Virus record (IMG/VR): IMGVR_UViG_3300046167_000825
Span: 1 to 64,000 of that record
DNA: 64,000 nucleotides
Strand: one strand, 5' to 3'
The position numbers and the translations under genes were made by a program. This document shows positions 9,598 through 18,241 of this stretch, in pieces (within the stretch, counting starts at the first letter, position 1; each line of letters begins with the position of its first letter). The notes under the pieces were generated by a model. The model did not search any database and was not told the DNA's origin. It saw nothing but the letters and a program-made list of their open reading frames with translations.

Positions 9598-10002
9598 ATG
9601 ACTACTTTACAACAACTTGACCAAGCGACACTCCAACGCATTGACGAGGTTATGACTCGTCACTGCTTGGAGATGGCTACCAAGATGGCATCCCCTACTT
9701 GGGAGCGACATATCTATTGGGTGATGACTCTTCAACACTTCTGTGAGTGGGAAGACATCGACAATAACTTTGGTCGCAATCAGTCGATTCTCGGATACCC
9801 AGAGAACATCTATTTTCATCATCAAGGGTGGCTTCACTTTGTGGGTGAGAACAGTTCCCACAAGTTCTTTGCTCAGAAACGGGCGAAGGGGTGGGTTCTC
9901 TTCTCTTTGTGTTGCGACAATGACGAGGTGGGTTTTCATCAAATCACAAGCCCCTCAGCCTATACTGGGAAACTAGGTTGGGATATCGACATCCAAGCCT
10001 AG
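9598..10002 (+). CDS. Hypothetical protein
   Basis: GGAGG RBS behind the repeated promoter. Confidence 0.7.
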   Translation: MTTLQQLDQATLQRIDEVMTRHCLEMATKMASPTWERHIYWVMTLQHFCEWEDIDNNFGRNQSILGYPENIYFHHQGWLHFVGENSSHKFFAQKRAKGWVLFSLCCDNDEVGFHQITSPSAYTGKLGWDIDIQA

Positions 10003-10015
10003 ACTCATTCTGAGT

Positions 10016-10218
10016 GTGTGAAACCAATTATCCAATCTGCAACTTTTTGAACATTTATGCAAAAAACCAAACAATTTCTGCAAGAAAAATACATAAATCC
10101 GTATTTTTCTGCAAGAAAATGAAAAAAACTGCAAAAATCCGTCAAAAGTTGCAGAAAAATCCATATTTCTGCAAAAAAACCTAAAAAGTTGCAGATCGGA
10201 TTTGGGATTGTTTCACAC
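10016..10218. repeat. AT-rich element with terminal inverted repeats and eight phased TGCA cores
   Basis: GTGTGAAAC/GTTTCACAC and 18/19-bp IR (10030-10048 vs 10183-10201); TGCA at 10038, 10058, 10079, 10110, 10130, 10150, 10170, 10190. Confidence 0.85.
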
Positions 10219-10253
10219 CAAAAGTTCTGTATATTTTTCATAAGGAGTTTAAT

Positions 10254-10706
10254 ATGAAAATAGTTAATCACTGTGACAGATGTTCTCGTGAACTCTGTAC
10301 ATGGCAAATGAGCCGTTTCAATACGCAAGACTGTTGCTTTCGCTGTATCGATCTTGAGAAGAAGCACCCTCGTTATCAAGAGGCGTATGAGGCTGAACTT
10401 GCAGAGGTGACTCGTGGGAATCACAACTACAAGGGCATAGGTCTTCCTCGTGACCTTGAAATCCAATCAAAGGTCACTCTCAGCCCCCAGTTCTACTTGG
10501 AGTCCAATGAGCAACTCTTGTTTCTCGGGAACTATTCGGGGGTTGATGCTTATTTTAATCCCGACAAAGGGGAACTTGTCCATAGAGTTCACTCTAGGAC
10601 TCGAACAATTTCTTTGTCTGTTGTTAAAGCCTTGCCGACAGACTCCAACCAATACATCTATTGGGAAGACACCCTACACCTCTTGAAATTATGTGATCTA
10701 GACTAG
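10254..10706 (+). CDS. Hypothetical protein with N-terminal Cys cluster (CDRC...CCFRC)
   Basis: TAAGGAG RBS; MSRFNTQDCCFRC...NYKGIGLP. Confidence 0.7.
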   Translation: MKIVNHCDRCSRELCTWQMSRFNTQDCCFRCIDLEKKHPRYQEAYEAELAEVTRGNHNYKGIGLPRDLEIQSKVTLSPQFYLESNEQLLFLGNYSGVDAYFNPDKGELVHRVHSRTRTISLSVVKALPTDSNQYIYWEDTLHLLKLCDLD

Positions 10707-10759
10707 TGCGGTTGCACTTTTAAGAAAGACCCGTATAAGAAGTGTAAGCAATCAACATT
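10707..10759 (+). promoter_or_regulatory. Repeated early-type promoter cassette, copy 2
   Basis: TGCGGTTGCACTTTTAAGAAAGACCCGTATA...CAATCAACATT; TTGCAC-N16-TATAAG is sigma70-like. Confidence 0.75.
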
Positions 10760-10774
10760 GACTGGGAGGTCATT

Positions 10775-10933
10775 ATGTCTAAGACTGTAAAGCACTATTC
10801 AGAAGCCAAAACCACACGAAGGGAACGAAAGTTCCTCGTGGGCTTTAATCGCTACCACAAGAACTGTGTCAGACGCTTCAACCGTTCTGACCGTCAATCC
10901 ACCAAAGCAACTCTCAAAGCCCTTGTCGGCTGA
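10775..10933 (+). CDS. 52-aa very basic mini-ORF not in the ORF track (MSKTVKHYSEAKTTRRERKF...)
   Basis: GGGAGG RBS directly behind promoter copy 2. Confidence 0.7.
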   Translation: MSKTVKHYSEAKTTRRERKFLVGFNRYHKNCVRRFNRSDRQSTKATLKALVG

Positions 10934-10971
10934 GGGGGTTGCCTCTGGTTGGAGGGGTAAACAGATTCTTG

Positions 10972-10985
10972 ATAATCTGTTTATA
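10972..10985 (+). promoter_or_regulatory. Putative late promoter motif ATAA-N6-TATA
   Basis: ATAAtctgttTATA before the 11008 ORF. Confidence 0.6.
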
Positions 10986-11007
10986 ATAATGAGAGAAAGA
11001 AAGGAGC

Positions 11008-11556
11008 ATGACAATGAAACGACATTTACTGGCTTTGTTAAACCGAACTCGTGGGGGACACATGTTCCACGAGGTGCAGAAGCGAATCAACGGAACTCAA
11101 GACTCTGCTGAAATGAGTGCTCAAGAAATGGAACAATGGTATCGGTTCGTGACCAATGCCGTAGAAGATGCCAAGATGTCAGCACAGAATAATCCTCGTG
11201 GTTTTGGTCGATATGCCCAACGAGTTGCTACTCGATATCTTGAAGCGAGAATTGATATGGATGGCACTTTGAAAGATGCCCCTAACAGTCAAGATTGGTG
11301 GGATGGTGTGAGCAATCTTCTGGCTCAGTACGTTTCAAGAAAAAGGGGTCAGAGAGTTACTGATGTGATTCGTGTAGTTCAACCCAATGGTTTCACACAC
11401 AACTGGGGTGGGGTAGAAATCACACTGATCGAGAATAATGGTCGGGTGGATTTTCTTGTTAATGGGAAGAGCCACGGCACATCTAGGCTAAACGATTCTT
11501 ACACCACCAAGAGAATGGTTACAGTTCTTAAAAAGACCTACAAGATATTTAATTGA
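11008..11556 (+). CDS. Hypothetical two-domain late protein with internal RYAQRVATRYLEA tag
   Basis: AAGGAG RBS; motif shared with other late ORFs. Confidence 0.72.
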   Translation: MTMKRHLLALLNRTRGGHMFHEVQKRINGTQDSAEMSAQEMEQWYRFVTNAVEDAKMSAQNNPRGFGRYAQRVATRYLEARIDMDGTLKDAPNSQDWWDGVSNLLAQYVSRKRGQRVTDVIRVVQPNGFTHNWGGVEITLIENNGRVDFLVNGKSHGTSRLNDSYTTKRMVTVLKKTYKIFN

Positions 11557-11617
11557 AAGAGGGCATCGAACTAATTCGCTTTTCAAGAATCTAAATGACC
11601 CCCGAAAGGGCTGTGGG

Positions 11618-11803
11618 TTATGCCCACAGTGATTCATCCAGCCCGTAGGTCTTATAGATTTCCTCTCCGATTGCCGTTGGTTTCCCCTCAGCATCTGCCC
11701 AACACAGTTCCAAATACAGTGCTTTTTCAAAAGGTGTTAGTTCAGCAGTTGACATGGTCATATATTCGCACCAGTCAATAATGATATTTTTCATTGCAGC
11801 CAT
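11618..11803 (-). CDS. Small hypothetical protein
   Basis: TAGGAG RBS; last gene of a - strand mini-operon. Confidence 0.65.
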   Translation of the reverse strand: MAAMKNIIIDWCEYMTMSTAELTPFEKALYLELCWADAEGKPTAIGEEIYKTYGLDESLWA

Positions 11804-11812
11804 GATAATCTC

Positions 11813-11932
11813 CTATGGGCATCCGTGTATGCCGAATAAATGTGTGATAGTGTGGAAAAAGAAGTGGATGACACCACCAATGACGGGCAGAGAAGCCAGC
11901 CATAGGTAGTATCGAGTGAGTAGTTCTTTCAT
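11813..11932 (-). CDS. 39-aa hydrophobic, His-rich membrane peptide not in the ORF track
   Basis: MKELLTRYYLWLASLPVIGGVIHFFFHTITHLFGIHGCP; fills the gap between flanking - strand genes. Confidence 0.55.
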   Translation of the reverse strand: MKELLTRYYLWLASLPVIGGVIHFFFHTITHLFGIHGCP

Positions 11933-11935
11933 TGG

Positions 11936-12139
11936 TTACCCCCAGTAGTGATGGTCTGTGTCGCCACAAACATATTGATTTGCAAAGCGTTCTTCCAACT
12001 CAGCCAAGTACGCCTCATCACGAGCCTTGTCCTCAGCGAGTTGTTGTTGATATTGTTCGATGTCACGGTCGATTGCCTCTTGAGCATCGACATCGACATT
12101 GTGAATGGTTGGAATGGTTGGAATGGTTTGAACTGTCAT
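11936..12139 (-). CDS. Small acidic coiled-coil protein
   Basis: TAGGAG RBS behind promoter copy 3; TIP-TIP-TI N-terminal micro-repeat. Confidence 0.7.
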   Translation of the reverse strand: MTVQTIPTIPTIHNVDVDAQEAIDRDIEQYQQQLAEDKARDEAYLAELEERFANQYVCGDTDHHYWG

Positions 12140-12171
12140 GATATTCTCCTATGAATGTGATTGACACTATC

Positions 12172-12202
12172 TATACGGGTCTTTCTTAAAAGTGCAACCG
12201 CA
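12172..12202 (-). promoter_or_regulatory. Repeated early-type promoter cassette, copy 3
   Basis: Exact 31-bp reverse complement of copy 2 (10707-10737). Confidence 0.78.
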
Positions 12203-12234
12203 ACAGCCATCAACCTAGAATCTGTTCAGAGGAC

Positions 12235-12261
12235 AAAAAAAATGGGAGGCGAACCTCCCAC
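12235..12261 (-). terminator. Intrinsic terminator (- strand)
   Basis: TGGGAGG-CGAA-CCTCCCA preceded by an A tract, i.e. a UUCG hairpin plus U tract on the - strand. Confidence 0.75.
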
Positions 12262-12280
12262 TCAAACTCTTTCAATATAT

Positions 12281-12463
12281 CTAAGCGATACGGAACATGT
12301 GTCTTTCAGCAAACGACTTGGCATCCTTGAGCGATTTCGCTTTGTGGATGGCAGACCTATCCCCTCTCTTAAAGAACACCACCCACTTGCTAGAAACCTT
12401 TTCAATCTCATATCTACCACAAGTGACACAGAGGTGGATATCCCGTGTTTTCAGCCAAATCAT
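12281..12463 (-). CDS. Small basic hypothetical protein
   Basis: 4-bp overlap with upstream gene. Confidence 0.6.
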   Translation of the reverse strand: MIWLKTRDIHLCVTCGRYEIEKVSSKWVVFFKRGDRSAIHKAKSLKDAKSFAERHMFRIA

Positions 12464-12744
12464 ACACGACCCCCTTGAGAATCCAAGATGGTCTTCTCGG
12501 TGTTGTTGAGAACGGCTCTACCACTCTCTCGCACTTTATTACGAACTTCACGGTAGGTGGGGGCTTTGAGATTGAGGGTGTTATCTCCCTCTGGCGTGTG
12601 GATAACGCACTGTGTTGCGAGACCCTTCTGGGTGAAGGTCATAGACCAACCATCACCATTGACGGTGATGTACTCTTGGGTTGTTTCAATATTGACCGTT
12701 TCTCGGTCATTTGTCTTGTTAATTAAAATATGCTCTAGTTTCAT
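12460..12744 (-). CDS. Hypothetical protein
   Basis: TAAGGAG RBS; CGTATA element upstream. Confidence 0.7.
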   Translation of the reverse strand: MKLEHILINKTNDRETVNIETTQEYITVNGDGWSMTFTQKGLATQCVIHTPEGDNTLNLKAPTYREVRNKVRESGRAVLNNTEKTILDSQGGRV

Positions 12745-12815
12745 GGGTAATACTCCTTATGGGGGGGTGACATCTTTTATACGCAAAGCCAAACATAAAA
12801 CGATCCCTCTTTTGA

Positions 12816-12829
12816 ATAATCCCCTTATA
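12816..12829 (+). promoter_or_regulatory. Putative late promoter motif ATAA-N6-TATA
   Basis: ATAAtcccctTATA. Confidence 0.6.
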
Positions 12830-12853
12830 TATTCTTTGATGTAGGAGAACCTA

Positions 12854-13288
12854 ATGCCCCAATACGAGTTTCAATGTGATGAATGTGGTTTGTTATTCAT
12901 GAAAAAGATGAGTTACGGCAAAGCCAAGTCCATAGATTTCACAGTGGCATGTCAGTGTGGAGTGTCGGTCAGACGGAAGATGACTGCACCCAATTATCAG
13001 TTTTCCCTTACCCCCACCTCCACCGATCCACAAAACACGGGCGTGTATTCATTTGATACAAATGTCGACCGAGTTATTGGAAAGGACTCAGAGGAAAAGT
13101 GGAAAAAAATTGAAAAAAGACAAAAAGAAAAACATTCTCTTTTACGAGACAACCCTAACAAGACTGGCTTTGATATCAGAAGACGACTTGATAACCACTA
13201 CGAAATTGCACCAAGCCAAGAACGCACCGCCTATGAAAAAGGCATGAAGGTTGTGGCTGAGACAAAGAGTAAGGGGAAGAAAATATGA
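12854..13288 (+). CDS. FmdB-family zinc-ribbon protein
   Basis: MPQYEFQCDECG...CQCG...RRKM N-terminus. Confidence 0.8.
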   Translation: MPQYEFQCDECGLLFMKKMSYGKAKSIDFTVACQCGVSVRRKMTAPNYQFSLTPTSTDPQNTGVYSFDTNVDRVIGKDSEEKWKKIEKRQKEKHSLLRDNPNKTGFDIRRRLDNHYEIAPSQERTAYEKGMKVVAETKSKGKKI

Positions 13289-13307
13289 AGTCGATTTCTG
13301 CGTGTCG

Positions 13308-13321
13308 ATAATCGGTCTATA
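13308..13321 (+). promoter_or_regulatory. Putative late promoter motif ATAA-N6-TATA
   Basis: ATAAtcggtcTATA before the tail sheath gene. Confidence 0.62.
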
Positions 13322-13361
13322 AAGTAACCATTTCTGACAGAATACATTATGCGAGGTAAAT

Positions 13362-16300
13362 ATGGCATTCCCAAGTTCAATCTATGCACCCCCAAGTGTT
13401 TACACCAAAACCAATTTTGATTCACCTTTGAGTGGAGCATTGGCTGGTGTGAAGATTCCAGTTCTCATTGGAACGGGTAGCGAAATCTTATCACAACCCG
13501 ATCTTGAGTTAGTTCGAGGTTCTAGTTCTAGTGTCGACCAACAAATTGTCCAAGAAGACATGTCGGGTCGCATTGTGGCTTCTGAGTTGGCTTCGGGAGA
13601 AGTCGTTCTCGGTTCTTATGACGGAACAACAAACCAAGTTCAAGTTCGCAACTTCCCGATAGTCACTGGGGATGGTTCTGGAACAACTACCACCAAACCA
13701 AGCGATGTCAGTGTTTCTCTAAATGGAGAACCCGTTGTTGTTTTGGCTATTGATGGAGCGAAGGGATTATTGACACTTTCTGAATCACCGAAAATGGGAG
13801 ATTCTTTGAAGGTGACCTACTTCTTCAATCGAACTGACACTTTGACAACCGATGAGGTTTCTGCTCAAGTTTCTGAGGATTCTGCTTTGGTTTATCTAGC
13901 GAAGGCTGGAAACTATAAAGTATTCCCATCTTCTTCTGATACTCTCCTTCTGACTGTTGATGGGGTTTCCCTCGTAATAACTCTCGTTGGGGATGCTTCA
14001 AATGAAATCACAGCGGCTTCTCTCGTCACTCAGATTAAGTCTGGTGCTGGGGTGACTTCTCTTGATGCCACAACATACACCAACAACGAAGGGAACACTT
14101 CTGTGGCTCTCTCTGCTGATAAAGAGATTGTTGTTGGTAGTGGTTCTGCAAACTCTTCTCTTGGGTTGTCTGCTGGAACATCGACTGGTCGTAACAAGAC
14201 TTTTTATGTCTTCAATGGCCCTATCGTAGATGGTTCTAACGGCGGTGTTACAACTACTGATGTTGCTGATGTGACTGTCAAGGTAGATGGGGTTCAAGTT
14301 ATTCCGTCTAGCGTTGATGGGTTCTCTCGTGCTGTGACTTTATCTGTGCCACCCGCTAATGGAAGCACTGTCACTATCCAATACTATTTCAACACTTGGC
14401 AAGATACCTTTGATTATCTCGCACACACGGGTATCACTGAAGTGACTCTTGCTGGCTTCTCGGCTGGGAAAGGTGATTTCATTCAAGGTGTTGATTTCAT
14501 TCTTAAAGATGACAAGATTCTTTGGGGAACGGGTGTTATCGTTGAAACTTCTGTTTCATCTCAAGGATATTCTCTGTTTGGTGAGAACCAAATCACAGCG
14601 AACTTGGTTGATAACAAAGGATACCTTGAGCCTTGTTCTGCTGTTGTTGATACTTCCGTATCTCCAGCGAAAGAAAGCAAGACCGAGTTCAGACTTCCTT
14701 TCGTACCAACCACTGGAAATGGTCGTGGAACTCCAATCGGGATTTCATTGTTCCAAACAGTATCTAATGGTCGTATTGATCTCCCAACAAATCGCCCCGA
14801 CCTTGTGAAAGCATATTGGGGATTCTCTATTCAAGACGCTCTTGATCGTGGGGAAGTTTCAGTTCTGTCTGTTGATCATGCAAGTGCTTCTATCACTCTC
14901 CGTGACCCAGTTCCTACTGGTGCTATGGTTTGGGCTACACAGTATTACAATGTCATTCAAGATTCTGAGTACTCTGTTGTTTGTGAAACTGCTGGTGTTT
15001 CTGGTGTGGGGACATACTCCATCTCAGACAAGAGTGGTTCTGGACTTGTTATTCCTCAGTTCGTTGCAAAGAGTGCTGGATTATCTACTGTCACTATCGA
15101 GTTCCCAAGTGGGTCTGAATTGTTGAGTGATGTTCGTTATGAAACACCACACAACACCAAGTCCTTCAGTGGTGCAGTCGAAGAAGAAATCACGGTTACT
15201 TTTTCTGACAAAGCAGCAACTCCAGCGGCACATACTTTCAGTTCGACTGGCGAGTTCGCTTTCATTGACGGACAAAGTGATAGCATTGAGATTACAGTTG
15301 ATGGCGTACCCGCTTCTTCTGCTCTTTCTGCTGTGGCACACCAAGCACACATCACTGGTGCAGAACTCGTTTATGGCGATCCCTCTGCTCAAACAATGAA
15401 TGTTTCTGCTGGTCTCGATGATTCTCTCATTCTCACCGTTGATGGTTTGCAAGTTGATGTCACATTGACCTCTGGTGCTACAGTTGCTATCGGTGATTTG
15501 ATTGACGATATCAATATGGCAGTTGATGGTCAGATTCCTCGATTGACTGGTGCGAGCAAGTTCGTGAGTGCTTACGAGATTACGGCAGACAATAGCGATT
15601 TTACAATCAATGTCGATGCTACTCCTCATGCTATCTCCATTGATCTTGGCTCTTACCCTACGGCTTCTGCTCTTGTGACTAACATCCAATCCAAGATCGA
15701 TGCAATTCCCGCTATCGATAGTGGTGCTGGTACAGATGTCAAAGTTGTTGCGGCAGTTGATTCTTCTGGACATATCTACTTTACTTTTGAGCGAGTGGGT
15801 AATGTTGAGAAAGCGAAACTGACTAGTGCAACTCAATGGTTGAAGCAGTTCGGATTCGATGAGAGCGAACTGTTCATCGGTAATGGTCTTGGTGGTTGGT
15901 TCGCTTGTGCGACATTGGACTCAATGCCAACTGTCGGTGGTGACTCGTACTATGACCGTATCATTCTCCGAAACCGTATTCTCCCAGCAGATAAACTAGG
16001 GGAAGCCCAAGCAAGTATTCAGATTGATGTGACGACAGCCCAAGATATTCTAGGGTTATCTATGGCTCAGTATGGTGAGGCACACGCTACCACTACTGTC
16101 AAACCAGCCTCTCTTGTAGGAGAAATCGGTTTAACTGGCTCACAAGCAACTGGTGATGGTGCATACCCACAAGTGACCTTGTATCCAAGTGGTTCTACCA
16201 ATCCTCAGAACAACATCCTTCTTCTGACTATTGATGGAACAACACACGAGGTTGTCTTCACACAGAAAGACGGAACTGCTTTGACTGAATCTGGTCATGA

Positions 16301-18119
16301 TGTTCCTTTGTCTGACACGGGTCTAAACGAGGGTATCGTTGAGCAAATCAATACTCAAGTTGGTTCTTCCGTTGCTACTGTTGAAGGGTTTGGAATCCGT
16401 ATTTCTTCTCTGTCACAAGGCACAGAATCTTCTGTTATTGTTGGTCAAGGCTCATCGAACTCTATTCTCGGTCTGTTGGATAATCAATCTGCCGAGAGAG
16501 AACTGGTTTCTGTTGGTTGTCTTGCTTCGGCTCTTATTCAGACACCGATAACAGCACATTTCGCTGTTATCACAGACAGTGCTGGGACTGAGTACTTGTA
16601 TATGCAATCAAAGACTTTGGGTGTTTCCTCTAACATCTCTTATTCTGATGGAACATTGAGTCGCATCGGAACGGGTTTCACTGATTCAATCGGTGATGGT
16701 GGTGTTGGTGAAAGTGGTAAGAGTGGTTTTTATGTCACATCCAATATCTCTAATGGTTCTGGTTCGGTTGCTACTTCTTTGTTGAGTGGAACTGGAGTTG
16801 GGCAAGACGGTGTTGTTGGACAAACTTATCGTGACCTCGCAACGGGATTGACATTCACTGTCCTCCCACGGGCGACTGGCGTGAATTACCCCGCTGGTAC
16901 TTTGACTTTCAAAGCGAGCAAAATCGTTACAACTGATGCCAATCTTCCAGTTTCTACTGTGAAGGGTGTGTCTTTGATTGTAGCGAATACCGAAAGCCTT
17001 AACGCTGGGGATTCTGCTTCCGTTGAAACATTCCAACGAAGTGGTGAGCAACCAGAAGTTGGGGACACTTACTACTCGTCTTACAAGTACGCCAAGCAAG
17101 ACTTCACTCCTCGTTTATACACCAAGTTCAATGCAGTTGAGGCTGCCTTCGGTGAACTAGACCCAACAAATCCTCTGACTTTGGCTTGCTATCTAGCGAT
17201 GACCAACGGTTCTATCCTTGTAGGATTGAAACAAGTCAAGAAAGATGAGTTGGTGGTCAATGGTGAATATACACAAGCAAGTGTTGTCGCTTACCGTGAT
17301 GCCATTGATGAAATGGGTGGAACATTCGCTAGTGGAACAACACCAGACATCCTAGTTCCCCTTCGTGGAGATTCTTTGGAACTGTACCAGTACATGGCTC
17401 GTCATGCTAACATCCAATCTTCTATCCGATACAAGTCCGAGCGAACTGTAATCGCTGGGGTTGGTGCTGGAACGAAGCGTAAAGATGTCCAAGCGTGGGC
17501 AACAGCAATCAAGGAAACTCGTTTCCGTTTGTTGTACCCAGATATGGCTTACCTCACCATCACAGATGCTTTCGGGAAAGACCAACGACACCTAGTTGAT
17601 GGAACATTCGTTGCTGCTGCTTGGGCGGGGGCAGTTGTTGCACCCACAAAAGATGTAGCGACACCGTGGACTAACTCAAGAGTCTTCGGATTCGATTCTT
17701 TGGCTCGAACTAGCGATGCCGTTCAGAAGAACCAACTTGCTGTTGCTGGGATTACTGTCCTTGAAGACATCCCAAATGCTCTTAAAGTTCGTCACGGTCT
17801 CACCACTGACATGAGTAACATTGTAACCAAAACACCGACAGTCATTCAGATTGCCGATGAGGTACAACAACTCGCTCGCACTGCTCTCGATTCATTCGTG
17901 GGCGTGAAGTTCCTCCCAAGTATCACTTCTCAAATCGAAGGGAAGTTGGCTATGGTTCTGAAAGAACTTGTCCGTAAAGACATCATCGCTGGTTACACTG
18001 GTATCACTGCCAATGTCAATCCCGATGACCCAACAGTTGCAGAGGTGCAAGCGGCATACCAACCAGTATTCCCATTGTTATACCTCGTAGTGACATTCAA
18101 CCTAAGAGCAAGCCTTTGA
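13362..18119 (+). CDS. Contractile tail sheath protein, very long, with many inserted domains
   Basis: N-terminal YAPPSVY..IPVLIG; C-terminal sheath core (QKNQLAVAGITVLE, VRHGLTTD, LDSFVGVKF, DPTVAEVQAAYQPVFPLLYLVVTF). Confidence 0.9.
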   Translation: MAFPSSIYAPPSVYTKTNFDSPLSGALAGVKIPVLIGTGSEILSQPDLELVRGSSSSVDQQIVQEDMSGRIVASELASGEVVLGSYDGTTNQVQVRNFPIVTGDGSGTTTTKPSDVSVSLNGEPVVVLAIDGAKGLLTLSESPKMGDSLKVTYFFNRTDTLTTDEVSAQVSEDSALVYLAKAGNYKVFPSSSDTLLLTVDGVSLVITLVGDASNEITAASLVTQIKSGAGVTSLDATTYTNNEGNTSVALSADKEIVVGSGSANSSLGLSAGTSTGRNKTFYVFNGPIVDGSNGGVTTTDVADVTVKVDGVQVIPSSVDGFSRAVTLSVPPANGSTVTIQYYFNTWQDTFDYLAHTGITEVTLAGFSAGKGDFIQGVDFILKDDKILWGTGVIVETSVSSQGYSLFGENQITANLVDNKGYLEPCSAVVDTSVSPAKESKTEFRLPFVPTTGNGRGTPIGISLFQTVSNGRIDLPTNRPDLVKAYWGFSIQDALDRGEVSVLSVDHASASITLRDPVPTGAMVWATQYYNVIQDSEYSVVCETAGVSGVGTYSISDKSGSGLVIPQFVAKSAGLSTVTIEFPSGSELLSDVRYETPHNTKSFSGAVEEEITVTFSDKAATPAAHTFSSTGEFAFIDGQSDSIEITVDGVPASSALSAVAHQAHITGAELVYGDPSAQTMNVSAGLDDSLILTVDGLQVDVTLTSGATVAIGDLIDDINMAVDGQIPRLTGASKFVSAYEITADNSDFTINVDATPHAISIDLGSYPTASALVTNIQSKIDAIPAIDSGAGTDVKVVAAVDSSGHIYFTFERVGNVEKAKLTSATQWLKQFGFDESELFIGNGLGGWFACATLDSMPTVGGDSYYDRIILRNRILPADKLGEAQASIQIDVTTAQDILGLSMAQYGEAHATTTVKPASLVGEIGLTGSQATGDGAYPQVTLYPSGSTNPQNNILLLTIDGTTHEVVFTQKDGTALTESGHDVPLSDTGLNEGIVEQINTQVGSSVATVEGFGIRISSLSQGTESSVIVGQGSSNSILGLLDNQSAERELVSVGCLASALIQTPITAHFAVITDSAGTEYLYMQSKTLGVSSNISYSDGTLSRIGTGFTDSIGDGGVGESGKSGFYVTSNISNGSGSVATSLLSGTGVGQDGVVGQTYRDLATGLTFTVLPRATGVNYPAGTLTFKASKIVTTDANLPVSTVKGVSLIVANTESLNAGDSASVETFQRSGEQPEVGDTYYSSYKYAKQDFTPRLYTKFNAVEAAFGELDPTNPLTLACYLAMTNGSILVGLKQVKKDELVVNGEYTQASVVAYRDAIDEMGGTFASGTTPDILVPLRGDSLELYQYMARHANIQSSIRYKSERTVIAGVGAGTKRKDVQAWATAIKETRFRLLYPDMAYLTITDAFGKDQRHLVDGTFVAAAWAGAVVAPTKDVATPWTNSRVFGFDSLARTSDAVQKNQLAVAGITVLEDIPNALKVRHGLTTDMSNIVTKTPTVIQIADEVQQLARTALDSFVGVKFLPSITSQIEGKLAMVLKELVRKDIIAGYTGITANVNPDDPTVAEVQAAYQPVFPLLYLVVTFNLRASL

Positions 18120-18145
18120 CGCTCTGTCGATAAGGTAGGTTCTTC

Positions 18146-18182
18146 CTAACTTAAACCTTACTTTTCAAGGTTTAAGTTGGGG
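18146..18182. terminator. Hairpin after the sheath gene
   Basis: CCTAACTTAAACCTT / AAGGTTTAAGTTGGG 15-bp stem; no clear U tract. Confidence 0.55.
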
Positions 18183-18241
18183 GTTGGTATGCAAGTTCAA
18201 CTCAAAATGGTATAATGCTCAAAACTTCGGTGGAGGGTGTT

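Noticed and set aside
10016-10218. CRISPR array
   Set aside because: Repeat cores are only 4-8 bp with about 20-bp period; no 25-40-bp repeats with unique spacers and no cas genes
10005-10466. 153-aa - strand ORF across the repeat element
   Set aside because: Antisense to an RBS-bearing gene; Phe-rich translation reflects the A tracts
12103-12129. 9-bp tandem repeat GAATGGTTG
   Set aside because: In-frame micro-duplication encoding TIP repeats; no sign of phase variation
15081-15836. 251-aa antisense ORF inside the sheath gene, and similar shadow ORFs elsewhere
   Set aside because: Explained by codon bias of the sense gene; no RBS or protein-like features
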